Positions 48,201 through 59,977 of a stretch of DNA of 64,000 nucleotides are shown here, one piece after another. The notes beneath the pieces are model-generated. The model searched no databases, was not told the origin of the DNA, and saw only the letters and a program-made list of their open reading frames with translations. Source of the DNA: Euglena gracilis (taxonomy: Eukaryota); NCBI GenBank assembly GCA_039621445.1, contig CP154954.1:49517847-49581846 (forward strand). Reading direction: 5' to 3'. Position 1 is the stretch's first letter. Each line of letters begins with the position of its first letter. The translations under genes were made by a program, and so were the position numbers.

Positions 48201-50109
48201 TTTTTGGCAACAAAATCAGAAAAAAACACACATTGCCACATTACACAACGGAATCTCATAGATTTGCCCACCGGTCTCAATGATTTTGACGAAAGGTCCC
48301 AGGCGTTTTGGCAAAAAAAGCCCCAAATTATGGGGAAAATGGTCAAAAATTTTGGCAAGAAGTCCCAAAATTGTGAGTGTCAGTTGAAACACCCTGCCCA
48401 CAGGTGAACGCCATTGCCCACAGGTCAACTCTGTGAATGAACTTAAGTGTGACTGGCGGGGGATGCCGACACCCCCCCCTTCCCACCCTCCAGTGACAAA
48501 AGCCCATTGGGTGTACCGTACCAAGGGTATTAATCCAATCAAATTTTTTCTCTCCGCACAAGACAGCCCAAATACCATCTCGCCGCCCTTCGGGCGGCCA
48601 AACAAGTCCAGAACTCATGGGTCGGAGGGGGCGAAAATCTTCTTTTTTAAAATTGGGGTTGTTGTTTGTGAATATCTCCAGCCGCCCTTCGGGCGGCAAC
48701 AAGAAACACATGTACCTTGGGTACTTGTTCGCTGCACGACCGCCAGTGAAATTTTTCTAAGTCGGATTTTGTAGGGTTATTGAAGGAGTAGTGCGCAATT
48801 GGCCACGTTGCGCTACATGGCAATGTTGCGCAACAGGGCCATGTGCGCAAAATGGCCATGTTGCGCAACATGGCCATGTGCGCACCTAACCCTACTCCTT
48901 CAAATAACCCCATAATTCACTGGCGGTCGTGCAGCGAACAAGTACCGTACCTTGACCTTCTGAAATTAATGTTTTCAAAAAGCACACCATTTCTGTTAAC
49001 AGATTTGGCCTTTTGGGGGAATTTTTTTTGGAAAAATGCATTTCCAGCCACCACCACCAGCCACCACCAGCCACCCTTCGGGCGGCAATGGATTGGGGGG
49101 GATTTTCCGCAGGGAGGGGGGATGTTGTGTCAAAAAAAATGGAGGGCGGCCTGACCTCCATTGGTAGCTCTAAAGGTCGGGCTGACCGTGTTCAAAAATC
49201 TGCACTGAACAAGGACTTTGTCATTGGGGGGGCGGTGCCCGGGGGGGGGGGGGGGTTGGCCTGCCCTTAGGCCCCCTGAATAAATCCAACACTCATTTGC
49301 ACATCTCACAGTTTCCAGGATATTTTGCCATAATTTTGAAAAAAAAATGTGTACTTTGTAAAATGCATTTTTGAAAAAATTGTGTACTTTTTTGCCATAA
49401 TTTTGAACACTTTGCCAAAAATTTCGAACAATACTTTTAACTGCTTTGTCAGAGGTTCGGGACTCCGTGGTCTGGCAGTTTTGGGACTTGCCAATTTTTT
49501 TTATTCCTTTGCCTGCAGTGTATATTTATTTTTTTGAATGCCTGTCCATCCAAACGCCGGCATGCCTGGCAGCTCATTTAAACCGAAGCCAAAAATATTT
49601 TAAAATTTTCCAAAATATTTTTGTTTTGAAAAGGGCAAAAAAGTAAAAATACACCAGAGGCTTTTGAATTTCCTTTCCAATGACGTTGTATGGAATGTGC
49701 AACTCTGACTGACAGAGTAGCTGAGGCTTGAAGAGGTGAAGGGCAAGGTGGGTGTAGCAGCAAATGGAAGTGATGTAGTCAATGCGGAGGAGGGTGCACT
49801 CACAGTTGCTTGATAACCCTGCAGTGTCTTGTTGTTGTGAGGGACTGTGGCAAGGTTTGTAACAAATGCACCATAGAACTTGTTGTCCACTCTCCCATCA
49901 GCTCGGTCAAGAGTCGACGCATGCAAATCACCCTCTGCAGCCACTGTTGGCCTCAAAAATTCGTTCTCAAAAGAAGTGAGTTTCACAAGTGGAGGAGAGT
50001 TGAAAACAACTTGACCATGACTTGGGATGTAAGGCTAGAGCGTAAGAACAAAACAGAAACATGTGTACGGCTGGGATCCAACCTGACCAACGGCGGAATA
50101 GGTTGTCAT
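36013..50109 (-). CDS. Multi-exon gene: Ser/Thr-rich protein with a duplicated terminal LDxADGxVD module, function unknown
   Basis: Exons 50109-50083, 50034-~49685, ~49199-49156, 48073-48016, 47413-47276 and 36292-36013 with GT-AG sites and matching phases; two homologous ~40-aa segments at the N- and C-termini. Confidence 0.75.
36944..37818. mobile_element. Left-truncated copy of the Mutator-like element
   Basis: Near-identical to ~40418-41461. Confidence 0.75.
38479..38640 (+). repeat. 32-bp minisatellite x5 (acacgttttccattagggcatctgtggcaatg); about 4 more units at 39160-39275
   Basis: Head-to-tail units with no spacers. Confidence 0.9.
40323..41461. mobile_element. Mutator-like non-autonomous element (long TIR, 9-bp TSD)
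   Basis: TSD ggcagtcaa; TIR gcggatgattggctatgacgatcc...; ggtcgggccgacc palindromes. Confidence 0.85.
41978..42402 (+). repeat. Interstitial telomere-like array interrupted by (gcgtgactgg)n
   Basis: Direct reading. Confidence 0.85.
42670..43640. repeat. ~1 kb dispersed repeat rich in gaaccggcg/cgccggttc; related copies at ~56880-57580, ~60040-60700 and ~62940-63480
   Basis: Long near-identical stretches in both orientations. Confidence 0.85.
43835..44187. mobile_element. TA-flanked MITE (ccat-C-run-att TIR)
   Basis: ta|ccatcccc...ggggatgg|ta; internal core shared with 56979-57337. Confidence 0.75.
44654..45891. mobile_element. Mutator-like element, same family
   Basis: TSD gcagctagt; ends ggccccgggcgg / cgcacggagcc. 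Confidence 0.85.
45488..45560 (+). repeat. Short (TTAGGG/TCAGGG)n tract
   Basis: Direct reading. Confidence 0.8.
46847..47079. mobile_element. Fold-back MITE with GGTAC ends and 8-bp TSD (Merlin-like)
   Basis: TIR ggtacttgtctgttatcgcacgacatacc; TSD gtgatttg. Confidence 0.85.
47276..47413 (-). CDS. Exon AVTNALPTTSFLPSTSIATAPSILPTGSEEGSVITSRTVGVVATS(E)
   Basis: tgcag acceptor, gtgcca donor, phase 2-2; same Ser/Thr composition as the other exons. Confidence 0.7.
47483..47841. mobile_element. TA-flanked MITE (ccatg...catgg)
   Basis: ta|ccatgacccc...ggggcatgg|ta with ctgttccc motifs. Confidence 0.65.
48016..48073 (-). CDS. Exon (E)VLQFVLSQTTTTPSWSTA(A)
   Basis: tttttgcttcag acceptor, gtgtgc donor, phase 1 to 2. 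Confidence 0.55.
48720..48946. mobile_element. MITE with GGTAC ends and 8-bp TSD (Merlin-like)
   Basis: TIR ggtacttgttcgctgcacgaccgccagtgaa; TSD gtaccttg. Confidence 0.85.
49156..49199 (-). CDS. Possible exon FLNTVSPTFRATNG
   Basis: cag acceptor and gtcagg donor; phase-1 end fits the next exon. Confidence 0.35.
49685..50034 (-). CDS. Exon PYIPSHGQVVFNSPPLVKLTSFENEFLRPTVAAEGDLHASTLDRADGRVDNKFYGAFVT... (3' end uncertain)
   Basis: Clear acceptor, open frame, and homology to the 36013-36292 exon. Confidence 0.75.
50083..50109 (-). CDS. First coding exon MTTYSAVGQ
   Basis: ATG at 50109; CAG|gttgga donor; 48-nt intron ending tttgttcttacgctctag. Confidence 0.7.
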
Positions 50110-50749
50110 AGCTCAAAGGAATTGCCAATATAGAGAAAGTCGTCGCGTTTTCGGTTTTTTTTATGTTAGCCGTTCGTTTTTTTTAAAAAAAACCAGTTTA
50201 ACCGTCACGGGTTACCCTACGTGAGGAAATCGTGATTTATCGTTCCATGGAATTTCTCGTGAGAACTTTTTTTTGAGAAACTGAAACAACTGAGAACCGG
50301 GTTCACTTTCGTTTTCATCATTCGGAAGAATGGGAAAATAACACGATGCTCGCCACTTGGAAAACGGGATTGGGACACGATTTCATTGTCATGAATACCG
50401 TCATGTTTACAAACACGTTTTCCAAGGCATGGTGTGGCCTGAACACGTTTTTGATTAATGTTGAAACCGTGTCTGGGAACTCCAGCTTCACGCGCCAACT
50501 GCGCCAACTGGCGTCCGGGACGGCTCTGAGTTTTCACGAAATGTAATTTCACGAACAATGAACAGTGATACATACTTTCATTGCCATATTATGTAATTGC
50601 ATTGAGCGAAAAGTGATATATTTTTGTGAAAGCAAAAAACACGGCAGTAAAAACCAGAAGCCTGCTCACTGTTCGTCGCGAAGCAGCCGGGAGGCCCCCC
50701 CATGGATGCCAAACTTCTCTGAAAGGGGGAGAAACAACGGGCCCAAAAC

Positions 50750-51750
50750 GGTTACACCAAACTGGCCCCAAGATGTGCCATCAAACCGTTCCACCACCCC
50801 AAGGTGTGGCATCAAACTGTCCCAAAGTTGTTGCACAAAACTGGCTCCAAGTTGTGGCACCAAACTACGGCATCAAACTGGCCCAGAACTGTGGCACCAA
50901 ACTGGTCCCCACTTGTGACACCAAACTGGACCAAATTGTGGCCCCAAGATGTGACATCAAAATGTGGATCCCGAACTGCGGCTCCAAGCTGGCCCTGAGA
51001 TCTAGCACCAAACTGGCCCAAAAATGTTGCCCTGAGCTAGAACAGATTTGGGGATGACAATCCCCTTTTCCCTAGGGGTCAGCTTCGCTCTTACCCTAAA
51101 GAGATAAGAACTCGGCGACCCCCATATACGACCCCCCCCCTGGGATTTTGGCTCCGGGGGGGTCTCATATGGGGGGGGGATCAAACCAAAGTCGCTGCCG
51201 GCTGAACGGACAGAATTAAAAGGCGTCGTGACCGAAGGCATACCCGGCCCAGGGTTCGAGCCAGAGGGTTTTGGACAGGACCCTCTAAAATATAAAACAG
51301 GCACCACCTGTGTCACAAAACTTGCCCGAGATGGGGCACAAAACTGCCCACAAGCTGGGGCACCAAACTCGCCCCAAACTGTGGGTGACCAACCTGTGGC
51401 ACCAAAATGTTGCCCCCACCTGTTGCACCAAACTGGCCCCAAAATCAAAGTGGACACAAAATGTTTCCCCCATCTGTGGCCAAGGTCTGTGGCCCACAGC
51501 TGTGCCCAAGATGTGCCAGCAATGGCCAAGATTTGTGGCCCAGTAAAATGTGCCAGGAAATTGGAGCCAAAATGCTTCCCCCAACCATGGCCAAGATGTG
51601 TGGTATCAAGATGTTGCCCCAAGCTGTGGCACAAAACTGCCCCAAGATGTGCACCAAAATGTCCCCAAAATGGTGATGTGCACCAAGATGTGCACCAAAA
51701 TGTTTCCCCATCTGTGGCCAAGAGGTGGCCTCCAAGATGCGGCACCAAAA
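50750..51750 (+). repeat. Degenerate satellite (gtggcaccaaactggcc-like), interrupted at ~51050-51300
   Basis: Recurrent caccaaa/ggccc units. Confidence 0.7.
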
Positions 51751-52078
51751 TGGGGGAGGGGGGTGAATGTTTCAGTTGCTGGGTTGACAAAAAAAAACTG
51801 TTTGAAAGAGTTTTTCTCAGATCTCAGGGCAAGGCAAAACGCAAAGGAGGCAAAGGTACCAATAACTTCTGCAGCACATCACGAGGCAACATGGCAGGTG
51901 AACATTGGAATTTGGAATTTGCGAAAAGGGTCGGAACATGCGATCGGCGATTTTCTGAGCGCTGTGCAGTGTGGCTGAAGCTCAAGCGAAAGGGCTTGGG
52001 GAGAGCTTCGATATTTGGGGTCCTCTAACAGTTGAGCAACTAAAGGGATTTGCCCCCCCAAAACGGGTGGGTAACATA

Positions 52079-53351
52079 CCCTCACCCCCCCCCCCTCAAA
52101 GTGGCCGCCCTCTAGGGACTGCGGGACCCCAAAATGGCCACTCTCGAGGGGGGGGGGGCACTTTGGGGTAGGGTTGTGCCTGAAAAATAAATGAAAATTT
52201 TCATTGAAAAATTTCAATTGAAAAATTGAAAAATATATTTTTTATTTTTCAAACTTGAAAAATATCATTTCTTTTTTACACACATGTTGGCAGCTGACAG
52301 AAGGGGCTGCCACAAGAAAAGTCAAGTTTAGGAAAATTTTCTTCCGCAAATTCTCACGTCACGGATCTGTGCAAATGATTAACACTTGAGACCCTTGCGC
52401 CATCCAACACCAGTGCAAACCTCGAAGGGGGTGTTACCCCCACGTCCCCCCTCCCAGCGTCCCGGATTTTGACCAGGCACATTTTTCCGATTTTTTTCTA
52501 CACAAATTTGAGTGACATCAAAGATAGTGTGTGGGAGTAGTTGGGCCACAGTTCCCCCCGGAGCCCAGGTACACGAGGGGGGGGGAGGGGGCTGAGAACC
52601 CCCCCGTTCACTTCCAAAATGAACTGGATATGTTGACTTCCCGGAGTGGGGGTCTGGCGTCGAAGGCGCTGATTTTTTTTTGAAAAGTGCCTTAATTGGT
52701 GTACTCCCATCGTTTTGGTTTTCGGCCGAAGTGAACAATTACAGCCAGGTACACGGGGTGTACTTGGCCGCACTACCCCTGCAGTACGGGTGCACCAATC
52801 CCTGTTCACTTCCGAAGTTAACCGAACAAGGGGGGGAGGGGGGTTCCGGGTTTGTTTTCTATTAGCCCCGATAACAGAACTCCGGGGGGGTCTACAAGAT
52901 TTACATGGCCACGGGTTTTTGTTGGTGTATCATTTCATTGGAGTGTAGAAGCAAATCACGATTTTGCACTGAAATTCAGCCACACAAAGGCACTTTAGAA
53001 GTCTTACAACCTCCACCCCTAGGGTTGGTCAAATTCATTTCCCAAATGCATGCGTTGACATTGGGATTTCCTTTACGGCCCACGAACAAGCTCCGTCTTA
53101 TTTTTCAAAATATTTTTCAATTTTTTGAAATTTTTCATGAAATTTTTCAATTGAATTGAAAAATATTTTATTTTTCCAGTCCAGGCACAACCCTACTTTG
53201 GGGGCCCCCAAAGTGCTCCCCCATGGCGAATTTTGGCCTTCGGCGCCAAAGGCACGGAAGTAAAATGGCCACTTTGAGTGGGGGTAAACCAAAACTTGCC
53301 AAAAAATTTGGCCACTTTGGGAGGGGGGACACTTTGAGGGGGGGGTGAGGG
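52079..53351. mobile_element. TA-flanked element (ccctca-C-run-tcaaagtg TIR)
   Basis: Inverted ends with TA on both sides. Confidence 0.7.
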
Positions 53352-53359
53352 TAACGATT

Positions 53360-55250
53360 TTTGTTATTTTCGGGCCCTCGAACAGTTGAGCAACAAAAGG
53401 GATTTGCCCCCCAAAATGGGTTTGAAACACAATGGATTGCCCCCCAAAACGACTTGGCAACACAAGGGATTTTTTTATTTTGGGGCCCTCGAACAGTTGA
53501 GCAACAAAAGGGATTTGCCCCTGACCTCTACCTCTACCTCCATCCAGCCCTGCCTAGGAACAGAAGGGATTTTGTTATTTGGGGCCCTCGAACAGTTAAT
53601 CAACAAAAGGGAATTGCCACAAAACCAGTTTGTTGCCAAGTTGTTTTGGGGGGGAAATCCCTTGTGTTGCTCAACTGTTCGAGGGCCCCAAAATAACAAA
53701 ATCCCTCGTGATGCCAAGCCGTTTTGGGAGGAAGTCCTCTACTTCTATCTGACCCACCTCTACCTCTACCTCTACCTCTACCTCTACCTCTACCTCTATG
53801 TCACCTCTATGTCCATAAAATGTCATAAACTGGCACCAATAAGGGCCACAAAACGCTCCAAATGCCTCAAATTTGGCAAACTAGCATCTCAAAGCATCTC
53901 ACTTAGGTTAGGAACGAGAAAAAATATCCGGGATGGGTGGTTTCAAAATTGCCATGAGAGGTTTGTGACAAGAATGGCCAATTTCTGACTTTTCCATAAA
54001 TTGCCTTCGTTCAGCACACATTTTCTTTTGATAAGCCACTTTCCTCAAAAGTTTGGCATTGAGGTGACATAGAGGGATAGTAGAGGTAGAGGTGACCTCT
54101 ACCTCTACCTCTACCTCTACCTCTACCTCTACGTCTACCTCTATCCCTCTACGGTACCTCTATCCAGCCCTGTCCTAGGTCGTTTTGGGGGGCAAATCTC
54201 TTGCGTTGCTCAACTGTACCAGGGCCCCAAATAACAAAATCCCTTGTGTTGCCGAGTCGTTTTGGGGGGCATAGTAGTATTTCTTCTTTCTGTTTTCTTT
54301 GTATTTGGTCAAAAAAAAATCTCGAATTTTTCGAAAAAATTCGAAAGATCCAAGAGCCTTGTTTTTGGACCCAAATGGTACGCAAATTTATTACCCCCCC
54401 CCCTAAATGACCCCCCCCCCCCTAGATGACCCCCCTGGGGGGGTCATCTGGGGGGGGGGTCATAGAGCAGAGCAATTTTTCAAGTGGGAAAAGTATCCCC
54501 CCCCTAAATGACCCCCCCCTAGATGACCCTTTGGGGGGTCCTGAAGCAACATTAATAGGGTCATTTAGGGGGGGGGGGGTGGTAGAGGAAAGGGGCACAG
54601 GATGGCACAGGTACCGGGGGCAGCCAAAAGTCGCATGGCATTAAACGTCAACCGGTTTTAACCCGTGTGTTTTTATGTCGCCCCCCACCCCTCCACCCGT
54701 CAGGCTTAATCCCGCCCCCTCCCCCGGAGGGGTACGACCGGATTTATCCCGACCCTGCTATATTCCCCCCCCCCCGCCCTTGCGGCGAAAGTGAGTCGAT
54801 TTTTTTTGCGTAAAAAAACAACGGCACAGAAGGCTGCGGCAGGGCACGCAGTGCTCGGCGTTCACTACAGTTGGGAACTGAATGCTCTACCGCGCACATT
54901 CGGTGAGCCCACGCAGAAGCCTGATTTGAGCATTTACCCAAGGTGCGCCCATGGCCTCTGCAAAAAAAAAACAAGCAAGCCTGAACAAAGGCCGCCTGGA
55001 AAAGAAAAGGTTTTGTTTCAAGGCAAATCCCTTTTGTTTCAAACCCTTTTTGGGGGGCAAACCCCTTTTGTTGCTCAACTGTTCAAAGGGCCCCAAAATA
55101 ACAAAATCGCTTTTGTTACCCACCCCTTTTGGGGGGCAAATCCCTTGTCTTGCTTAACTGTTCGAGGGCCCTAAAATAACAAAATCCCTTGTGTTGCCAA
55201 GTCGTTTTGTTGTGTTTCAACCCCGTTTTGGGGGGCAACCGTTTTGGAAA
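53360..55250. repeat. Dispersed and inverted repeat family aacagttgagcaacaaaagggatttgcccc with (ctctac)n microsatellites
   Basis: Many copies in both orientations; (ctctac)n at ~53757 and ~54096. Confidence 0.75.
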
Positions 55251-56255
55251 CCCAAGAAAAAGTACTCTTAAGGAGAAATGTTCCTGAAAATCTCTGAACA
55301 AAAAAGTTTGATCCAACGGGGGTGTTTCCCCCCCCCGCGACCCCCATGTTTGGCAAAATGTTGCAAATATGAAGTTGTAATGAAATGCACAGCCAGTTAT
55401 GCACCGTCCCAACATTGGTTTCCAAGCACCAAGTTGCTTTCTTTTTGGTTGGGGGTGTTGGGGTCGCGGGGGGGGGGGTCGTGGGGGGGGGGCGAGGGGG
55501 GGGGGGGGGGGGATGGGTTTCGCAGCAAGTCATGCGTGACTTGTGTGATGTCATCCTGTCCTCTAATTTTAGATCCTAATTAGGAATTTGCGTGCCATTT
55601 GGGTCCTAAAATAGGTCCAATTAGGAATTTGGACCAATTTTCGTACTTCTGATTCCTAATGCAGTGGCAAATTCCTAATTAATGCGAATTTTTGTACTTT
55701 TCGGAAGCCCGAAGCGGGTTCAGGGTGGGGTCGCGGGGGGGGGGGGGGTCGCGGCATTCACAGGAAATTAAAACACAAATTTGAATAAAAACACAACCCT
55801 CTGAAACTGAAACAAACAGCGCTATGTTACAAAAAAATGCAACAGTTAAAAACGACCGTTCGTTGTCAAGACTGTTTGCTTAAGTTTCTTCAGCTTCTTC
55901 ACCTTCTTTCTCAACTCTCCTGAAGAAGGAATTTTGTGTCACACAAATATTGGCTGTGGGCTGTTGTTGGAAGGTGGGGGTGCACAGGGAATGCTGAGTT
56001 GAATTGTGATGCATGAAATGCGCAAGATGTTGCATGAATGATTTCACAGAAAATGCCCAGAAAGAAACGTTCATAGGGTTTGCTGGAATATTGTCTTTGA
56101 AAAAACGATTGTGATGACATGCCGCAGACAAATGTTGCTAAATGATGTTGCAGATGCATTCAGACATTTTGACAACAAAAAAAATGTTTTTCGGCAGTTT
56201 GTGAGCACTGCAGAAGAACGCAGGGGACAACACAGGGATCATACCTCCAACTGTA

Positions 56256-56415
56256 CCATGCCCCCCCCCCCATATAAGACCCCCCCATATAAGACCCCCC
56301 CTGGCCGGCCGAAGGCCGGCCCTTTGGCCGGGACCCCCCCATATAAGACCCCCCCCATATAAGACCCCCCTGGGATTTTGGCTCCCGAGGGGGTCTTATA
56401 TGGGGGGGGGCATGG
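56256..56415. mobile_element. TA-flanked MITE (ccatg-C-run-atataagacc TIR)
   Basis: Matching inverted ends; sister copy at 58454-58597. Confidence 0.85.
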
Positions 56416-56978
56416 TAAAGTGATCAGCAGAAACTGTACAAACCGGCTCAAAATGCATATCCATGATTTCTTCAAATTAAATCATCTCAAAGAGGAAAAC
56501 AATGGTTCCATTTGACTGTGCCTAGATCTGAATTCAAAAAAGGTCGCAAAAAAAGTTGAAAATCATCCACAAACCTGACAAATTAAGATCACTTCTGGAA
56601 TTGCAATTCCGAACAGGTTTGAGCAGGTTTTCCCAAATCACCTCCCCCAGTAAAATACCTCGACCAGACTAAAGCCGTCAGGATCAATGCCGCCCCCACA
56701 AGTGTGAGTCGTCGGGCAGGGGGGGGGGATATGCACCGTGCAGTTTTTGCAGTTTTTTTTTGCAGTTTTGCGTTTTTGGTTTTTTGCAGTTTTTTTTTTG
56801 CAGTTTTTTGCAGTTTTTTCTTCCCTCAAAAAAGCACATGTGCATTTTTTTTGCAGTTTTTCGGTTTTTGAAAAAGTTGAAAACATGGCAGCAGACGCGT
56901 GAAAACTTCAATCGGCCGATCGACATGGCCCTTCGCCCAAAGGAGGTCAAAAATGCTCAAAGGTTCAAAAAATGGGTA

Positions 56979-57337
56979 CTGTGCCCCCCCCCTGAGCTAT
57001 TCCCGTCCCCGGGACCCTTTACGGCCCAATGGGAACAGTACGGGGGGGAACAGCTCGGGGGGACCTAGGTCCCTCCCCCCCTAGCTGTTCCCATACCCGA
57101 CCCTCGGGCAACCCAAAGGGGGCCATTTTTGGCAACTTTTTTGGATGTTCGCAAAAAATGGTCAATTTTAAGCACATTTGCCAAAAAGTGATTTTTGAAA
57201 ACGTCCCAAAAACGTCGATTTTTGAGCACTTTTTTGGGAAGTTCTTTGTAAAAAGTGCTATGACAGTGAGCTATTCCCGTCCCCCCTATGGGAATAGCTC
57301 GGGGGGGGGGGGAACAGCTCGGGGGGGGGGGGCATGG
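56979..57337. mobile_element. TA-flanked MITE with a paralogous empty site
   Basis: Splits aaaatgggta|tttaggccgaaattgg, which is intact at 43411-43436. Confidence 0.85.
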
Positions 57338-58453
57338 TATTTAGGCCGAAATTGGTCGTGATTCCTTGAACGCCGGTTCGGGCATGAAGCCAGAGCCCCT
57401 AATCCACGATTTCAACAACTGTGTTCAGAACGCCGGTTCGGGCGTGAAGCCGTGTTCCAGAACGCCGGTTCGGGCGGCAGCCCGAACCGGCGTTCTGGAA
57501 CACGGGCTGTGTGCAACGTCAGGGTCCCAAGTTACCCCTCGATCGAAAGCTGTTTTCAACAGACGACCAGCGGTGGTCATCAGGGTTTACAGTACTCTAT
57601 TTCCAAAACAGGGCCAATTTTCACCAAAATTGGTTTTCCACCCCAGTGGTCCCCAAATGGCAAATTTCATTGTGCTACATGGTTAAAACAGTCATCTCGG
57701 GACCTCAGGGCCATGTTGGGGCACTTTTTATGACATTTTTAGGAATGAAAAAATGGACGTCGGGTTTGGACAGAACCGGTGTCCCTAACCACCTTTTTTG
57801 AACAGAACCGGCGTTTGGAAAAACCGTGAGGGGGGGGGGGAGACGCCGGTTCTGTCCTGAGCCCGGCGTCCCAAATGCCGGTTTAAGTCGGTGAACCCCT
57901 TGATGGAGTCAGGGGTGACAAAGCCGGTCAGCGGCTTTGTCCTGAGTCCCCCCTAATTGTTGATCCCCCCCCCCTAATTTTCAAAAATGAATGGGGGTGT
58001 ATGAGTCGCGGGGGCGGGGGAAACGTGGCAGCTTTGACGGGTCACGTGTGACCAGTGTGACCTGACATACAACGTCACGTGTGACCTATTTTTAGAACTT
58101 TTGGATCCAAAAATAGATCCAATTAGGAATTTAGAACACATTTTGGCAATTCTGACCCCTAATTTGGGTGCCAATTCCTAATTAAGGTGCTATTTTTGGC
58201 TCCTACTGGGATCCGGAAACCCGCCATGTGTGGGTCGCGGGGGGGGGGGGGGCGCGGGGGGGGGGGGGGGGGGGGGGGTGCGGGGGGTACACCCCCAATG
58301 AATGAATTGTGTGTGGATGTGCGGAACAACCAATTCTAAGCCAGAGAGAACCATTATCCACATGAGACGCCAGGAGGACCACAAGATTGCCAGGCACAGC
58401 ACAAGGGAAGAAAGAGCTGCCACCCAAAAAAAAACCTGGTACAATCACACATA

Positions 58454-58597
58454 CCATGCCCCCCCCATATAAGACCATATAAGACCCCCCCCCCTGGCCG
58501 GCCGAAGGCCGGCCCTTTGGCCGGGACCAACCCCCCCATTTAAGACCCCCCTGGGATTTTGGCTCCCGAGGGGGGGTTTTATATGGGGGGGGCATGG
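58454..58597. mobile_element. TA-flanked MITE, sister of 56256-56415
   Basis: Same TIR and internal ggccggccgaaggccggcc. Confidence 0.85.
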
Positions 58598-59512
58598 TAA
58601 TGCTACTGGTGGGTCCCGTGAGGGGAAAAAATGGAGGCAGACAGTTGGTGTGCTCCTCATTGCTTACGCCTATTTTTTGATGTGCTCCAAGGCTGGAGGA
58701 TTTCAAAAAGAACATCAATGCAATTCCATCACATGTTTTGTACAGCCACAAAATTCTTCGGGGCATTTTTTTTCTTTTGAACACAACGGGTTGCATAGCT
58801 GGCACTTCGTTTAAAACGAAGTCAAAAAAAACACGTTTTTTTAAAAAAAACATGTTTTTTTAAAAAAAAACAAAAAAAACGCCATTGAGGGTCCAGGGCA
58901 AAAAAAATTTTTGCCTTTGATTTTAGGTTTTTTTGCCCATCCTCGGTCAGAGAAAGACACCAAATTTGGGATGTTTCAAGTTAGTTTGGAATGGTTTCAA
59001 GCCAAAATGGCAGAAAAATGCCCTATTTTGACCATTCTTGTTGAAGACAACCAAAAGTATTGGTTTTGAGCTAAGATTGGTTCACCCTTGCGATCAAAGG
59101 CAAAATTTGGACCATCATTTTCCCCTTTGTTTTTTTTGCCATTTTTTTTGCCCGTTTTTTTAATAAAAAAACAAAAAAAACGTTTTTTTTAAATAAAAAA
59201 AAAACGCCAGCTATGACGGGTTGGGAGAGAGCCCAAAAGGGCATCCACCGTTGTTCCACCTAGCGAATTTGTGGTTCGCAAAACAGCCTCAAATTCTTGT
59301 ACGGTGGGGGGTTCAGGCATCTGAGCATCCATCAGGTTCACAGCACGCTTCATGGCTGTGGAACACATCGAAAGGATATTGGCGGCTGAAATAAATACGA
59401 ATGGTTTTTGTTTCATTTTCCGTTCACTGGTGCCCATAGGGGAACTGTGAACGTTAAATGGTTGTTCCTATGGTCACCCGTGAACACCTTTGAGTGTTCA
59501 TGGGTACCATTG

Positions 59513-59977
59513 CATACAATAACTTAGTCACTGCCCCCGCCCCCCCCCCCCGGGGGGTGACTGGTTTTTTCAGAGTGACTGACTGGTTTTTGGCCCGGAC
59601 CCCCTCCGGGGGGTCGGCAAAAAATCGTACCGGGGGTCGGAAAACAAAAGTGACCCGGCGCCTAAGGGGGATCGGCACACCCCTCCCCCCCCCTCCCCCC
59701 CTTTTCAGACCCCCTCGCCACGCCATGTCAGGCCCGCCAAAGAAAATTTTCTTGGCAAACCCCCTCTAGCCGGAAACCTCGCCACGGCGTGCCGACCCCC
59801 CTCCGGAATTTTTTTTGGCCTTTTTTTCATGTTTTGGGTCAAATTTCCTTTGGATTCCAGAGTGGCCGACCCCCCCCCCCCCGGGGGGGGGGTAGTGACT
59901 GATGGCTTCCCGAAAAAAGTGACTGACTGGTTTTTTTGAAAAGTGGAGTGACTGGGGGGTCGGTAAAAACTTGTATG
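59513..59977. mobile_element. MITE family A
   Basis: catacaa...ttgtatg ends; TSD taccattg / tacccttg (1 mismatch). Confidence 0.75.

Noticed and set aside
51235-51295. tRNA or SINE (gggttcgagcc B-box-like)
   Set aside because: I could not fold a cloverleaf or find an A box on either strand.
51002-52028. 262-aa and 266-aa Cys/Pro-rich ORFs
   Set aside because: They are overlapping antisense ORFs over a caccaaa satellite.
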